40,698 bases of DNA from an uncultured Bacteroides sp. (lineage in GTDB: Bacteria > Bacteroidota > Bacteroidia > Bacteroidales > Bacteroidaceae): assembly GCA_964554075.1 (NCBI GenBank), contig CAZKNB010000001.1, forward strand, positions 1 through 40,698. Direction: 5' to 3'. This document shows positions 39,651-40,698 of the stretch, piece after piece; position 1 is the first letter of the stretch, and every line of letters begins with the position of its first letter. The notes beneath the pieces are model-generated. The model worked only from the letters and a program-made list of their open reading frames with translations, was not told the origin of the DNA and made no database searches. The translations under genes and the position numbers were made by a program.

Positions 39651-40676
39651 ATGGAATATAAAATTGATAATGATAAAAACAGGAGAGGAGTGTGGGCGGC
39701 AACCTACGCCATGATGCGCGGTGCCGGTCAGGTCATGTTCCAGAACAGCGTACTGACGGGACTGCTCTTCCTCGCCGGCATCCTTTGGGGTGCTGTCTCG
39801 ACAGGCACCCACCAGGTCTTCATCGGAGCACTGGTCGGACTTGTCGTCTCCACCATCACCGGGTGTTTGCTTCGTTTACCCATTGATGAGGGCGACGCCG
39901 GACTATGGGGCTTCAACGGCATACTTGTAGGCTGTGCCTTCCCCACCTTCCTCTCCTCAACGCCATTGATGTGGGTGGCACTGATTGTCTGCTCCATGCT
40001 CACCGTCTGGGTGCGCACGGGCATGAACCGCCTTCTGGCGCCCTTCAAGGTCAACTCGCTCACCTTCCCCTTCGTCTTCACCACGTGGCTCTTCATGCTT
40101 GCAGCACGCATGCTGTGGGCCATGCCGCCCGACGACCTCTCCAATCCCGAGCTGGTTGTGGTCCACCATCACCTGCACGCCTTCACTCCGGTGCTCTTCG
40201 TCGTTGCCCTCTTCAAGGGCATCGCGCAGGTCTTCCTCATCGATTCCGCCATCACGGGCTTCATCTTCCTCATCGCCCTGGCGGTGAGCAGTATGCGTGC
40301 CGCCCTGTGGGCACTCATCGGATCGGCACTCTCCCTGCTGCTTGCGCTGCTCTACGGCGCACCGCTCTCCGATGTTGCCCATGGACTCTACGGTTTCAGT
40401 CCCGTGCTGACAGCCATAGCGCTGGGAGCTACGTTCTACCGTCACAACCTGCGCACCATGCTTTGGACGCTGCTTGGCATCACCGTCACACTCTTCGTGC
40501 AGGCGGGAATGAATGGCTTGATGCTGCCCTACGGACTGCCAACCTTCACCGCCCCCTTCTGCCTGGTGACGTGGATATTCCTGCTTCCGCTCTATAAGTT
40601 CGACAGCCGGGAGCCCGACCATACCCACTGGCATAAGAGGAGGAAAACATCTGACGTCAAAACTAAAACCAACTGA
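39651..40676 (+). CDS. Urea transporter (UT/Yut family)
   Basis: Duplicated GAGQVMF/GIAQVFL, GLWGFN/GLYGFS and LTFPF/FTAPF motifs; ATG at 39651. Confidence 0.92.
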   Translation: MEYKIDNDKNRRGVWAATYAMMRGAGQVMFQNSVLTGLLFLAGILWGAVSTGTHQVFIGALVGLVVSTITGCLLRLPIDEGDAGLWGFNGILVGCAFPTFLSSTPLMWVALIVCSMLTVWVRTGMNRLLAPFKVNSLTFPFVFTTWLFMLAARMLWAMPPDDLSNPELVVVHHHLHAFTPVLFVVALFKGIAQVFLIDSAITGFIFLIALAVSSMRAALWALIGSALSLLLALLYGAPLSDVAHGLYGFSPVLTAIALGATFYRHNLRTMLWTLLGITVTLFVQAGMNGLMLPYGLPTFTAPFCLVTWIFLLPLYKFDSREPDHTHWHKRRKTSDVKTKTN

Positions 40677-40678
40677 TT

Positions 40679-40698
40679 ATGCACCTTTCAGACGCACT
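40679..40698 (+). CDS. Partial: probable ECF-type Ni/Co transporter S component (NikM/CbiM)
   Basis: Only MHLSDAL is visible, 2 nt after the transporter stop; resembles the MH-x-x-D N-terminus of NikM/CbiM; truncated by the window edge. Confidence 0.45.

Overview
Bacteroidales (Bacteroides/Phocaeicola/Prevotella-like) chromosomal segment, inferred from the short primary sigma factor, the SusC/SusD pair and TAnnTTTG promoters. It carries core genes (ribE, rnpB, a YkfC/YkfB pair, degP, rpoD, murB, PerR plus reverse rubrerythrin, tRNA-Lys, ruvX, def) and four larger modules. (1) An orphan SusC/SusD pair. (2) A sulfate-activation/sulfotransferase operon (cysQ, SLC13 permease, cysC, cysD, cysN, sulfotransferase, PCMD protein). 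(3) An outer-membrane cassette in which two YjbH/GfcD-like half proteins flank a lipoprotein with a His/Gly C-terminal tail, followed by OmpA. (4) A complete Yersinia-type urease cluster (ureABCEFGD plus urea transporter, probably followed by nikM) preceded by crcB. The most striking observations are a 15-Cys metallothionein-like tail fused to UreB, the split YjbH/lipoprotein cassette, a GTAG-type REP family with compensatory stem changes at three loci, and a perfect 10-1-10 PerR-box-like palindrome. Family assignments come from motif recognition and recalled homologues; no database search was run.
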